Source: Lepidodermella squamata (taxonomy: Eukaryota; Animalia; Gastrotricha). Taken from it: a stretch of DNA of 64,000 nt. Made by a program: the position numbers and the translations under genes. Numbering within the stretch: the first letter of the stretch is position 1; each line of letters starts with the position of its first letter. The stretch lies in contig JBLDXI010000024.1 in the NCBI GenBank assembly GCA_047495785.1, forward strand, positions 2,232,001-2,296,000. Reading direction: 5' to 3'. Shown here piece after piece: positions 32,402 to 44,763 of this stretch. A model generated the notes under the pieces. That model saw only the letters and a list, made by a program, of their open reading frames with translations, was not told where the DNA came from and searched no databases.

Positions 32402-35400
32402 CTAAATTCGCTTGCCGACGTGACCTCTAATCCAGCTTATCACCTGGCAAACATCACCATAGAGACCAGGAAATCTAGGCTCAGCACACCCAACGCCATT
32501 TGAAGTCACCCCCTGCAGAACAAAGTATCCATGCTTGAAGCAGGCAAGAGGTCCTCCAGAATCCCCTGGACACGTATCAATCCCGCCTACGCCGTCATAG
32601 CCAGCGCAGAATGCCTTCATATCAGCCAGCGTGCCTTTTTTGTAACGATTTCGCCGTTCACACACCAAATTTTCAACGATCGGCAATACTGCGTTTAATT
32701 GGCGCGTTGGTTTGATGCCCTCAGCATTTGTGCGTCCATAGCCTGATATCAGCACCAGTTCACCAGGCGAGCACGTATCGGCACAGCTTTCTGGCAGGCA
32801 GATAGGCCGGATGTCCCAGCTGTCAAGAGATATTGGCTCGTTCAATGGAAGAAGGCAGAAATCGTTGGAGACGTATGGAGATGTACTGTTGTTGAAAAAT
32901 TATCACACACAGCTCAAGTACGTTATCGACTTTATTATTGTCACAATCCATAGGTAATTCATGTGCATCTTCGATTTTTTTAGCTCGGCATACTAGGGAA
33001 TAATAGTTTTTATACCTGTATTGAGGATGAAGGATGTTTCCGGTGCTTTTTCGAATGGTGCTGTAAGCAGCAAAAGTCGCATTGAGACTGCCTAGCCAGC
33101 CGCTGTTACCGCCAACCAATACTAGTGTTTCGCTGGAAAAAGACAATTCACTTTTGACCACATAGCTGCAAATAAAAAGAAACTCACGAAAATGGCTCCG
33201 GGGTAGCACAGCAATGACCTCTAAGTAAGGGGGGAAATCTAATTTCAGTCTATCATATAAATGAGGGTCAAGGTTACGCTGTTAAAACCCATCGATCACT
33301 GAGGACAGAGCCACCGCACTTGCCGACATGGCCGAGATCATCCTCGTTATATAACAGCACTAGAGCCTAATTCGAGAGAAGTAAGAAATAAGAAATGACC
33401 GCAAGTTGCCTCTTTTAGATACCTACCTGCCATGGGAATTCGTTTTCAGCCGATTCCGTTCCACCAACAATTTGTAGAGATGGCGTCAGATCATCTTCTT
33501 CGACGTTCCAATATTTGCTGTGCCCGCAGTCACGGTACGGACTTTCTTGCGGTGCTGTTTCGTTGTAACGTGGACGAGGTTTCAACGGCGGCGGAATGAG
33601 GCCAGCATTCTGAAGCGCCACCGGCCCAGCGTAGTGAGCATCGACCTGGTTTCGGGTCATAGCAAAATCGCAGATTAGGACTTCGTCGACATAAACTGGA
33701 AAGTCCGGGGAACCGATAACATAGGAACAGGTCGAGACGAAAACGGAGCTATTCGTATTCCGGTATTCTCGAACTAAATTCTGCGAGAGAGAAAATACAT
33801 CAAATGTCAGGTTTATGCAGAATTTGGTCAGTTAACATTATTTTGCCATATTCCGACCTTCCCGCCTCCTACGACCATGCAGACTTGCACGAAATTCTCA
33901 ACCGTAGTTGAATCCTCGTTAATGACCGATGTGTAGTTGATTTGAAAAGCCGGCTGATATAAGGTGGATAGCACTTGAAACGACGAGTTTTCTGCATCAA
34001 TTAGCAGGTGTGAAATCGATATTGAAGAATACGAAGATCCATCAGGACAGTCAACGTTCGCAATCACGCGGCCGGAAGTCTCGTCATCAAAAGCCCTGAG
34101 AAGAAAACCTTGAACTGATACCAAGCAAATGAGTGTATGGACTACTTGTAAAACAGGCAAATTGAATATTCTTGTCCGTAACTCAGAACATTGGGAATTC
34201 TGACGGTTCCATCATTAAGGAGCAGAGAGCCACTTCCACGAGCTGAAGTGACATTTTGCACCGAGAAATCACCTGAGCCAATGGTTGTTGCTGGATATTT
34301 TGAATGGTCGTTGATGTCGCTGTCGAACGGCAAGTAAACTCTACACTGACGGCCACCAGCCCCCGCTTGAAGTGGCTGTATTAAATTTGTTAAAAATGTA
34401 TTACTTTATTGTTGGTAGGTCAGACCTTGTAAGTAGCAAGGTACTTAGAGCAGTCGGCAAAATTCGCGCCAAAGTCATTGCTGTCGGAAAATTGTTGCAC
34501 CTGGACTGCAGGGATGATAGGAGCCACATGAATTTCGAAATAGGCCTACCAAGGTCATCGGAGATTGGCAACGGCCTCGACATAAATACCCAGCTGCTGA
34601 CTTGCACAAAGCTGCGGGCTGAACGAAGGCAATAGAACCACAGCTTCTGAAAATGAAAGAAACCTACGCCAGTCATGCAATGCTTTTTGTCAACGTAAAC
34701 ACCACGGCTGAATTGCTGTAAAAAGCAGGTATTATTCTTAAAGATTTCTGGTGCATTCGATAGTATCCTAACCCAAGTCTCCCCGTCGCCGCATCGAGTG
34801 TCGTTGTTATGGCAACCAACAAAGGAGCGATCATACATGGAGAAGCAACGCACATGAGGCAGATAGCCAGAAGTATCAACTACAAATTCCGGATTTGCTT
34901 CGAGACCATCTTTACACTGAAAGATTACCTCCTCTTTCAGTCAAGCATTCTCGCAAGGTTCGCATTGATGCTTCTAATCTCTGCAATTTAGGTAAATGCA
35001 GGAGACATAATAAAATTGGGGCAAAAACAATCTCACCGCTCCAAATGGACAATCATCAATAATTCTAGGATAACACACGAACTTCCGCGGACTAAACTTG
35101 CATAGGTTGGCCGGTTCGTCCTCGATAATAAACAAAAATGAAAAGATGGATTGGCAATGGTTGTAATCAAACCATGAAAGCAGCAGCCGTCTTCCGGCAG
35201 GCTTCATATCGCGACTTGAATTGCGTACCCATGGATTGTAGGAACTTAGGTGAACATATTTATATCGCGTATCTTTGAAGACTTCAAAGAATCTACTTAC
35301 CGGCACTTCATCAACCGAGCACCAATCATTGTTTGCTATGCATCTCATTGAAAACGTCTTGAAGTTGTAACAGCTCATCGCCCACTATAGAAATATATTG

Positions 35401-35688
35401 AGTCTATGATTCTTTTATAATTCAAGTTTCTTACGCCTGTTGTGCAAGAGGACATCGTTGATAGCGGAGATCCAAACTTTAGTTGAAATAAGTCGAGTGA
35501 ATACGGCTGACATTTATTTTGCTAAGAGTTACCTGGATTTCATCGAAGAACAAACATTCATCCTTCCTACAGGCCACAAAATGATCATCCCACCGTGAAA
35601 TGCATCGCAAATAATCAGCATTCACCAATTGGCGATTCAGCTCAACCGTCGAAATCAGTAGAGCGGCAATCAAATTCAAAGCCAGCAT
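32402..35688 (-). CDS. Multi-exon secreted protease PA: Cys-rich repeats + LamG/ConA-like domain + trypsin domain
   Basis: ATG at 35688 with signal peptide. RC-initiated Cys-rich exons; YLPFDSDINDHS...YSICLFYK...DEVLICDF (LamG-like); LQ-IVGG. His in micro-exon 33188-33220 (GHC), then NDFCL and DTCPGDSGGP. Confidence 0.85.
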
Positions 35689-35789
35689 TTTATTTATGAG
35701 AGAAAAAATGACCCTGGATTTTAAAACACAGCGGCCTCACATTGTCTCCCGCTTTGCACGAGCCCAGTTCAACTCAATTAATGATGCGG

Positions 35790-35892
35790 TGATTTGAAAA
35801 GTCGCGTGTTTGGACAAAAAAATCACCTAATTCGACACGACAATTATCAGTTCCCAATTCCAGGAGTGTGTTTGGGGATTGGACAATACTTT
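35790..35892 (-). promoter_or_regulatory. Conserved upstream block of protease PA
   Basis: GTGTTTGGACAAAAAAATCAC.TAATT...TTGGACAATA is shared with 39761-39870 and 48604-48702. Confidence 0.5.
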
Positions 35893-36450
35893 CGTCCTCA
35901 AAAATAAGAAAAACCCGGCAAATAGCTTGCCGTGGTATGAGAGTGTGAAAAGAAATCTGACGGACTATCGAAGTTAAATATTTTAAAAAGCAGGAAAAAC
36001 TATTATATAGCCCAAGGCTGGTGTCATTATTACTTTAAGTTCAATATTGCATCTGATAGTGAGAACGTGCGTGAAAATCACCGTAAAAATCTCGCATCTT
36101 CGAATCATTTCGCGAGGAGCCATAGAAATAACTTGTTTCAATTTTGCCATAGCCCAGAGCATCATTGACTTTAGAAAATCGACAATTCAAGTCCAATAAG
36201 TATTCAAGCTACTCGGGGACATTGAAATTATTAGGGCGGTAATCATTACTCAATAGCTAAGAAATATCAAAGATCTTTAAAACGGTAGCTCTTGCAACAT
36301 CCGATCTTTATTTCAATTCAAATCGCCGTTCATTTGCATTGGATCAGCAATTCGCTTAAATTTTACTCTTCAAAGAGACTCAAATCGTATAGTGTTTATA
36401 ATCCCTCCATTATTTTCTCCACAACGCATTTCATCAGCTATTTGATTCGA

Positions 36451-39400
36451 CTAGATTTGCTTTCCAACATAGCCTCTGATCCAGCCTAACACCTGGCAAA
36501 CGTCACCATAAATCCCAGGATATCTCGGCTCAGCACAACCATTTCCATTTGAGGTCACACCTTGCAGAACGAAGTATCCATTCTTAAAGCAGGCAAGAGG
36601 CCCCCCGGAGTCGCCTTGACACGTATCGATTCCGCCCACGCCGTCATAGCCAGCACAGACGGCTTTCATATTAGCAATTGTGCCTTTTTTGTATTCATAT
36701 CGCTGTTGACAAAGCAAACTCTCGACGATTGGTACGACAGCGTTGAGCTGGCGCCTCGGTGATTCCTGCCCCCCTGCGCTTGTATCGCCGTAGCCTGATA
36801 TCAGCACCAGTTCACCAGGCGAGCAGGTATCAGCACAGCTATACGGCAGGCAAATAGGTCGAATGTCCCAACTATCAAGAGGTATTGGCTCTTCCAATTC
36901 AAGTAGGCAGAAATCGTTGTAGATAATTTCATCAGTATTACTGTGGTAGAAAACAAATTAGTACGTGAAGGCATAGCTTAAAAACTCTAACTGCTCACTA
37001 GCCCGTGATATGTAATAATGATAACAGCTCACCTGTAGTCGGGATGACGAATGTTTTGGGCAGTTTTTCGCACAATTTTGTATGACGCAAGAGTGTCATT
37101 GTAATGGCGAAGCATGCCGACATTACCGCCAAGCAAGACCGTCGTATCGCTGAAACAAAATCATTCTTAACTTGGTATAGTGAACATTGGATAAAGTTAA
37201 TGCTCGAAAGGCCAACAAAATTAACATGAGGTAAAATCTTTTTGTTGTACGTTCAATGCTATTTCTGTAAAGTATCAACGCTACAAATAAAAACGCACGT
37301 TGGATCAGGATAGGAACAGCAGTGGCCACTAAAGAATTGAAACCAGCTCACAAATTTTGGGAATAATACGGTTATAAAGGTTACGCTGTTAAAACCCATC
37401 GATCACTCAGAACAGAACCACCGCAAAAATAGCGTACACGGGGATCAGCTTTTTTACTGTCTATTACAAAAGCCTAAGTAGGGAAAATAAAAACACTATT
37501 ATCAATCCCATAAAGTCTCTTAAAATATCTACCTGCCAAGGGAATTCGCTTTCAGCCGATTCCGTTCCACCGACAATTTGTAGAGATGGTAGCAAATCTT
37601 CTTCGACGTTCCAATATTTGTTATGCCCACAAGCGTTGTATGGGCTTTCCTCCGGTGTTGTTTCATTGTAACGTGGACGAGGTGTTAGCGGTGGCGGAAT
37701 GAGGCCAGCATTCTGAAGTGCAACAGGTCCGGCGAAATGTGCATCGACATGGCCCGGGGTCATTTCGAAATCACAGATTAGAACCTCATCAATGTGGCCA
37801 GTGAAGTTGTTGGAGCCGATTACGTAAGGACAAGTTGAGACGAAGATGGAGCTATTCGACGGGTAGTCACCTATTTTTTCCTGTAATAAACAATGAACGG
37901 CTCAGCGAACCAGGCAGATAACGAAACTAGTTACATCATTTTGATAAATTGTGGTCTTCCCACTTCCGACCACGACGCAGATTTGTGTGAAATTCTCAGC
38001 TGTAGATGAAATTCTAAGCGATATGTGATTGATTGGGAAAACCGGTTGATATAGGGTGGACAAGACTTGAAACGACGAGTTTCCGTTTTCATTAGATGAG
38101 TGGGAGATCAGAAGGGATGGGTATGAAAAACCATCCAGGCAATCGACGTTGGATACCAAACGGGCTGAATTATTACCGCCAGGCCTGGAAAAAGAGATGA
38201 CGGTTAAAGTTGGTTTAAAAGCTGCAAACATTTACCTATAATACAGACAAATCGAATACTCTTGTCCATAACTGAAAACATTGGGAATTCTGACGTAGCC
38301 GCCATCGACGAGAAGTGAACCACTTCCCCTTGCTGAAGTCCTGTTGTCTACAGAGATATCACCATAGCCGTTCGTTTTTGCCGGGGATGCTGAATGGTCG
38401 TTGATGTCATTGTCGAAAGGCAGGTACATTCGACATTGTCTGCTCGCAGCAGGATCTTGAGGTGGCTATGAATAGAATAATATAGGACTATCAGAGCATG
38501 ACTGTCAACTCAGACCTTGTAAGTAGCAAGATATTTAGAGCATTCGGCAAAATTCACGCCGAAGTCATTGCTGTCGGAAAATTGTTTCACCTAATATAAG
38601 AAATCATGAGAGCAGCCGAAATGTAATCAAATCAATGCTCACCAGAGTCATCGAAGGAAAGCAGCGGCCCTGACATAAATACCCAGCTGCTGACTTGCAC
38701 AGCGCGGCAGGCTGAACGGAGGCAATAGACAATATATATTATTATAAAAAGGAAAGAAACCTACGCCAGTCGTACAATGCTTTTTGTCGACGTAGACGCC
38801 AGGGCTGGACCCCTTAAAACAAGAGAAGACTAAGTAGGACGAAATGGATCTACACTCATTGAACTAACCGATGTTTCACTGCTCCCGCATCGAGTTTCGT
38901 TGTTACGGCAACTGACAAAAGAGCGATCGAACATAGAGAAGCACCGCACATGAGGCAGAAAGCTGGATGTATCAACTGAAATTACAGAATTCATTTCAAA
39001 GAAGCCATTTTTCACTGAAAGACTACCTCCTCTTTCAGCCAAGCATTCTCTCAAGGTTCGCTTTGGCGTTTCCAGTGTCTGTTAACAAGGAGCAGTGAGG
39101 AAGATGTTTCTTTTTTAGAAATTAGGTTACCGTTCCAATCGGACATTCGATTGCAATAGGATAACATACGAACTTTCGTGGATTAATCTTGCACAGGTTG
39201 GCCGGTTGGTCCTAAAATAAACAAAATAAACGTAATTGGTGAAATGGCTGTCGGCAAACCATGAATCCAGCAGTGGGCAATGCATCGCATCGAATACTGC
39301 TTGAAGTTGTAGCAGCTCTTTGCCCACTGTAAACGAGACAAATGACAACTCATCTCGCAGAAAGAGCGAGAAATTCTTACGCCTGACGTGCATGAAAACA

Positions 39401-39649
39401 ACGTTGTTCTTGGTGCTCCCAGCTTAATTTTAAATTTAGCAGATTAAAAGATGAAATATAGGTAATGTTTCGTAAAGTCACCTGAATTTCAGTGAAGAAG
39501 GAACATTCCGGCCTACAATCCAAATAGCTATCATCCCACCTTGAGATGCATCGGGAAAAAGTACCACTCACTGAAACATTTAAACAACTTGAATGTTCAA
39601 TCGTAGAAATAAACAAAACGGCAATGAACTTCAAAATTAAAGCCATCAT
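36451..39649 (-). CDS. Multi-exon secreted protease PB (paralog)
   Basis: ATG at 39649 and the same exon series as PA. His micro-exon 37299-37328; DTCQGDSGGP. Confidence 0.85.
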
Positions 39650-39760
39650 TCGAATATTATAACTTTCTGTTATTTGAAATTAAGGCCTATATGAGCCTGG
39701 AATCAAAAAGTGATATCAGGTCGCACGTGCCCATATCTGGATTGATTGCCTGGAGATGTC

Positions 39761-39870
39761 ACTAATTGGCGCAGTGATTTTCAGGTCACACGTTCGGACA
39801 AAAAATCACGTAATTTAACTGATAAATTGTCATTTTTCGGAGTATTTGGACAATATTTCTAACATGAAAA
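39761..39870 (-). promoter_or_regulatory. Conserved upstream block of protease PB
   Basis: ACTAATTGGCGCAG...AGGTCAC...CGGACAAAAAATCACGTAATT...GATAAATTGTCATTTT...TTTGGACAATATTTCTAAC. Confidence 0.55.
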
Positions 39871-41068
39871 ATAGATCGTTTCATAGATGTTCTATCCGAG
39901 CCTTCTAGTTTAAAATTTTCTGACCAGGACAAGCATGGAAATATTTTTTTTAAAATATGTTCTCATTTTCTTGCTCCATTTTAGGCTCCATTCGCTGTGT
40001 CAGTGTGTCATACTCTCTTTTGCCTTAGGAATGGTGTGTATCGGTGATAACTGCCGAGTTGTTGTTCCTTTACTCAATACGTGGATAGATCTGAATGGCA
40101 TAGTATTCATCCAAAATGGCTCAATTCGTCACTTATTGTCCATCTAATGAACTGGATCTACGGGAATCGAGCATGGATTGTCCACATTGTCCACACGCTC
40201 TACGTAGGGTCGAACTCGAACTCGAAAATTCCGATCTAGCCAGAGTCAAATTGCTTACGACTGGGATACCTCTTCAAACCTTCTAGATTGGAAGGTATCG
40301 GCATCGAAAATTCTTTGGCCACTTTCCACCTTTGAGCACAAGAATTCTAAAGAGCCTGAATCGAGGCTGCTTGTCGAAAATCGAAAAAGTCCACACGACG
40401 TTGCATCCAAGAGATATAGAATTCGCCAACTTGGAGTTCGCGGTCGAAGAGACGGTCGAATGGATGAAGCAGGACATCAAGGTCCTTAGTTCACGCTCCT
40501 CGGCCAAGCTTGACCAGGTTTTCTACATCGGGAAAGCTCGGAGAATTGACATATTACGATTATTTCGGTAGTTCCGAAAAAGTATTGCAGAACTACCGCA
40601 AGAAAATACTTATGAATGAGGTCGCATGGCGCTTTGGCCATCCTATAGCAATATATACCTAACAGAATAAAGTAAAAATACACCCACAAATTTGTTTGTA
40701 GCTGTTTATCAACAACAACACTCTAATTGTCCTAGAATATGCCCTTAAAGTGGCAAATTTAAGGCAGCTCTGAAGGCATTTTTAAATAGCAATCTACGCT
40801 CTACGCCCTCTAAAACCCAAAACCCGCGGAAATTATAACGAATATCTTTCCCGCTGAAAAACTATTCCGCTATGAAAGAAAACAATCATTGCTTATGCAC
40901 ATATTTTTCGCCTGGGTATCACACATTAAAATCGGAACTTATAACTCGGGACATCTCAAATAAGGATAAGCTTCCGCGAGACGTTTCTTAATTAAGTTAA
41001 GTGCGGCGGATAAGCCTACGAGCCTTTGCAAAACAGCTGGCTAATTAGCTATCGCGAATCAATCCCGC

Positions 41069-43690
41069 ATGCACCATTTCTTTCAGCTTCGTCAGGTTAA
41101 AATTTTCTACTTTGCGGAAATGATTTTTCTATACATTTCTCTACTTGCTACGATGCCGACAACGTTCGTTAGTAGTAGAGTTACGAAAAAGTACAACATT
41201 TCTATGCTGCAGGTTTTCCCCATTGGACATATACAATGCCAGCCAGCTGTGAAAATCGCCATCGACCACGCTAACAACCGAACTGACATTCTGCCCGACT
41301 ACAATATTGTGCCAGACTATCGAGATGAAGAGGGCTTTGCGCAAGGCTACGCCCCAGTCCGTGAGCTCGTGAGATACGGCCGAGCGTGGGAAAACAGACC
41401 AGATGATGGTCTCATCCGCTCTCCGATTTTCCTCGGACCATTCTTCTCCGTCGGCTGTAAACCATACGGGAAGCCACTGAAATATTTCAACATGGTCGGA
41501 CTTGCTATCTCCTGCACAGCGCCCTTTCTTGCTGATCACGTGACCTATCCGAATCTATACAGTGTTCAGTCAAATGGGGAGCTGAACGCTATATCTCTGG
41601 TTCACTTCTTCAAAGACGTTGGGAGGTGGTCGACTATAGGGATTCTAACTTTGGCCAGCGCTCCAAACGATTACATTGCCGCATCATACGTCAATAGATA
41701 CGCGCTAGAGAGTGGTATTCAGGTTCCAACTTTCATCATCGTCTTGGACATAACTGACGATGTGATCAATGAGCTTCTATTTCACGGCGTTCGAGTTATA
41801 GTTGTTTACATAACTAACGAGCCTTTTTTGTGGCGTTTTCTCTGCAAAGCTTATTTCGCTGGAATCACCGGGCAGCGTTATATTTTCTTCCTGATAAACT
41901 CCCTAGCAGGGGAACCAAGCAACATCAAGCCAGCAAATTTACCTGACAGTTGGTGCACAAGGGAAATCATAAGAATCCAACTCAATTTCGCTTTGTTTAT
42001 CGGTCCAATAACTCAGGTCATGGATGATAGCAGAGTCAGCGAGCTAGGCTACAATACAACTTATTTTGAGGACAAAATGACTGAAATCCTCAACATACCT
42101 CGCTCTGCAACATCAGGATCACTGAAATACGTCTGCCATGATGCGACTATGATGGGTATATACGCCATGCATGACGCAGACAATCGACTGAAACGAGAAT
42201 ACAACATGTCGTTGCGAAACATGAATACCAACCCTGAATTTGTGATGAAGGTTGTAAATCAATCTGTTTTGGCTGTGAATATCTCAGGCCTGAGGGGACC
42301 ACTTCGTTTCAGCAAGCGAGGCTACTCAGAGAATGATTTGATTCTTTATTCCTACTATGATCCTAAAGGGTATAGAAATAAGTTCGCTTCAGTTGAGGTG
42401 GATACTAGCCGAAACTACATGTTCTATGGCCGGTATAAAATTTCCCCTCTCGAGCCAATGGATTGGGCAGCTTGGAATAATGGCGGGAATCCTCCTCGGG
42501 ATTCAGCATTTTTCATTTCTTACATTCAAGACGTTTCCTCTGATGTATCACTATCAGTAATAGTGATTGCGAGCATTTCCTCAACATTCAATCTTCTTAT
42601 GCTGGTTCTCACTATAAAAAACAGGAGAAACCCTGAATTGGCCATTTCAAACATCCTGAAAATCGTGGGCTACGGAGGTTGCATTTTGCTGAATGGGGCC
42701 GGAATCGCTTTTTCATTGAAAGCCAGTGAAAATAGTCTATTGGTGGCTATCATCCGGCTTTGCCTAGTTGTCGTTTCGATGTCTCTCCTAACGGGTGTGG
42801 TGTCTTTCCGGGCTTTCTTTCTAGCACGGAAACTTCCACCCCCACTAAAACGAGTGAAAGTTGTTCAGGAACGAAGGACAGTTAATGTGATAACTGTTTG
42901 CAACTCAAATCCAAGGTTCAGTTTTGTTACACCAGCCAAAGGAAGAGAAGGCTCGAATCCTATATCAGGAAGCCCAGAACCACCAAAGGAACAGAAAACA
43001 TTGGCTCGATCCCCTTCTGAAACCTCGCAAATTAAAATGTTTTCAAATCAGCCTGGCGAAAGGAAAACATCCGTCACAAATTTAGGACCGCGTATGCCTG
43101 TCACTCGTTCAGCGTCAAATCAAACCCAGCACTTTCCTGCTAGCATGCCAATGCATACCCGGAACACCGTTATGCAAACAGAATTTGAAGACGGGATCCA
43201 AAAAGACAGCGTGGTTTTCACGGTTGGGTTCGTGGTCCTAAATGCTTTTCTGCTCTCGATCTGGCTACTTTTCGATTCATTCAGCTGTCAAACAATCACT
43301 AACCCTCGCACCAAAAACTATGACCCAGTCACAGACACAAATTATGACATCTCTGTAGTGATTTGTTCATCAGCAAATGGAATCTTCTGGATGATGGCTC
43401 TCGCGCTTTTGCACGTTGCAGTCCTAGCTTTTAGCTCGTTTCAAGGCTACAGGGTAAAACAACGCCTGAAACTGCTTCCCGGCCATTGCTGTCGTGAAAT
43501 TGGCGGGATCATGCTCGGCCCACTGAATGCACTATCGTTGCTTCTCTGCTCGATTTTGATTGTATTTGTCCTAAAAGATCAAATTCGTCAGCATACTGCC
43601 GTTGCATTTGCGGCTGTGCTTCTGTCTCTGACGACGAGCGTCAGCCTAGGGTACTCAGCACTGAAGGACGCGTTCGGAAAGCGCGGTTGA
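41069..43690 (+). CDS. Class C GPCR, GABA-B-type (receptor R3), intronless, closest to R1
   Basis: Long identities with R1 (WENRPDDGLIRSP, DDSRVSELGYNTTYFE, GSLKYVCHDAT). The start may be the ATG at 41120. Seven TM helices. Confidence 0.85.
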   Translation: MHHFFQLRQVKIFYFAEMIFLYISLLATMPTTFVSSRVTKKYNISMLQVFPIGHIQCQPAVKIAIDHANNRTDILPDYNIVPDYRDEEGFAQGYAPVRELVRYGRAWENRPDDGLIRSPIFLGPFFSVGCKPYGKPLKYFNMVGLAISCTAPFLADHVTYPNLYSVQSNGELNAISLVHFFKDVGRWSTIGILTLASAPNDYIAASYVNRYALESGIQVPTFIIVLDITDDVINELLFHGVRVIVVYITNEPFLWRFLCKAYFAGITGQRYIFFLINSLAGEPSNIKPANLPDSWCTREIIRIQLNFALFIGPITQVMDDSRVSELGYNTTYFEDKMTEILNIPRSATSGSLKYVCHDATMMGIYAMHDADNRLKREYNMSLRNMNTNPEFVMKVVNQSVLAVNISGLRGPLRFSKRGYSENDLILYSYYDPKGYRNKFASVEVDTSRNYMFYGRYKISPLEPMDWAAWNNGGNPPRDSAFFISYIQDVSSDVSLSVIVIASISSTFNLLMLVLTIKNRRNPELAISNILKIVGYGGCILLNGAGIAFSLKASENSLLVAIIRLCLVVVSMSLLTGVVSFRAFFLARKLPPPLKRVKVVQERRTVNVITVCNSNPRFSFVTPAKGREGSNPISGSPEPPKEQKTLARSPSETSQIKMFSNQPGERKTSVTNLGPRMPVTRSASNQTQHFPASMPMHTRNTVMQTEFEDGIQKDSVVFTVGFVVLNAFLLSIWLLFDSFSCQTITNPRTKNYDPVTDTNYDISVVICSSANGIFWMMALALLHVAVLAFSSFQGYRVKQRLKLLPGHCCREIGGIMLGPLNALSLLLCSILIVFVLKDQIRQHTAVAFAAVLLSLTTSVSLGYSALKDAFGKRG

Positions 43691-44763
43691 GACGCCGCCG
43701 ATTAGCTGAATACTCAAGCTTCCTCGAGGGCTATTTTTCGAAGGCGTCCGACATTAGCTGATATTTCGACTTCAGCTTGATGATAAAGACGTCATATTCG
43801 AAGACGTAATATGATACGTATAATTACTTTTGTAAGGTGCGTGTTAGTATGAGAATAAAGTTTAAGCTGGTGTGCTGGGAATAATTTTAGAAAGTCGGGC
43901 AATAAGCAGCATGAGAACTGCAGCATGAATAAAACTCGGTTAAAATAACTAGGTTTAACCCAGGTTTTTGAATGATTTAACAAAAATAATTGAGTAAAAA
44001 TCAAGCTTCTACTCGGTTATCTCGGTTTTACTGGAATTCTGCTTTTAATCCAGCAAGTACCCCAGGCTTTGAAACAATAATTGGGTAATATTAAGCCGAT
44101 ATATTTACGAGCGCTTCTTTATTATACTAATAGTTAACTGCGGTGAATGGTGACAAACGAGTTAGAGAAAAAGTCAAAACCAAGTGTCTTTTTTACTGAC
44201 TTTTCAGCTCTTTGAAAACAGACTTATAACTTGTATTGCTATAAAAGGTAACGCTTTTTCACTTGAAGCTGAGCAACCGAATATCAGTAATAATTGCTTT
44301 ACTGAAGTAATAACCGACAGTTTTCATCACCTCCATTCCAGTTAATGAAAAGTTGAACGTCAAATAATTCCGATTTTTCGCAATTGGACCAATTCAAATG
44401 CTCATTCAAACGGCAATGTGAAGAGTTTGGCGAGAATCCGTAACAATCTCCTTTGCGGAATTAGCGAAACATCTAGCCTAAGCAAATGAATCAAACCTTC
44501 GGGCCGTGAGAGCATTTCAGGTAATGGCGGTAGTTTGTATCGTGAACTGGATATTTAAGATTTGAAAGGCTTCAATGTGCAGCATCGGAATCTTTACTTC
44601 AATTGCAACGAAAATGATTAGGCATAGTAGCTCGTTAATTCCCTTTGACCAGTTCGCTACGCATTATAACATCTTCATCGAGACTATTACTCATTACATA
44701 GTTTATGATCCTCACACCATGGAATTATTTTAAATAACGTATTTCATCAGCTGTTTGATTCGA

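Noticed and set aside
40140-40600. Possible small gene (ORF 40332-40571) between PB and R3
   Set aside because: No ATG start or recognisable motif; it may be a decayed TE or gene fragment but cannot be supported.
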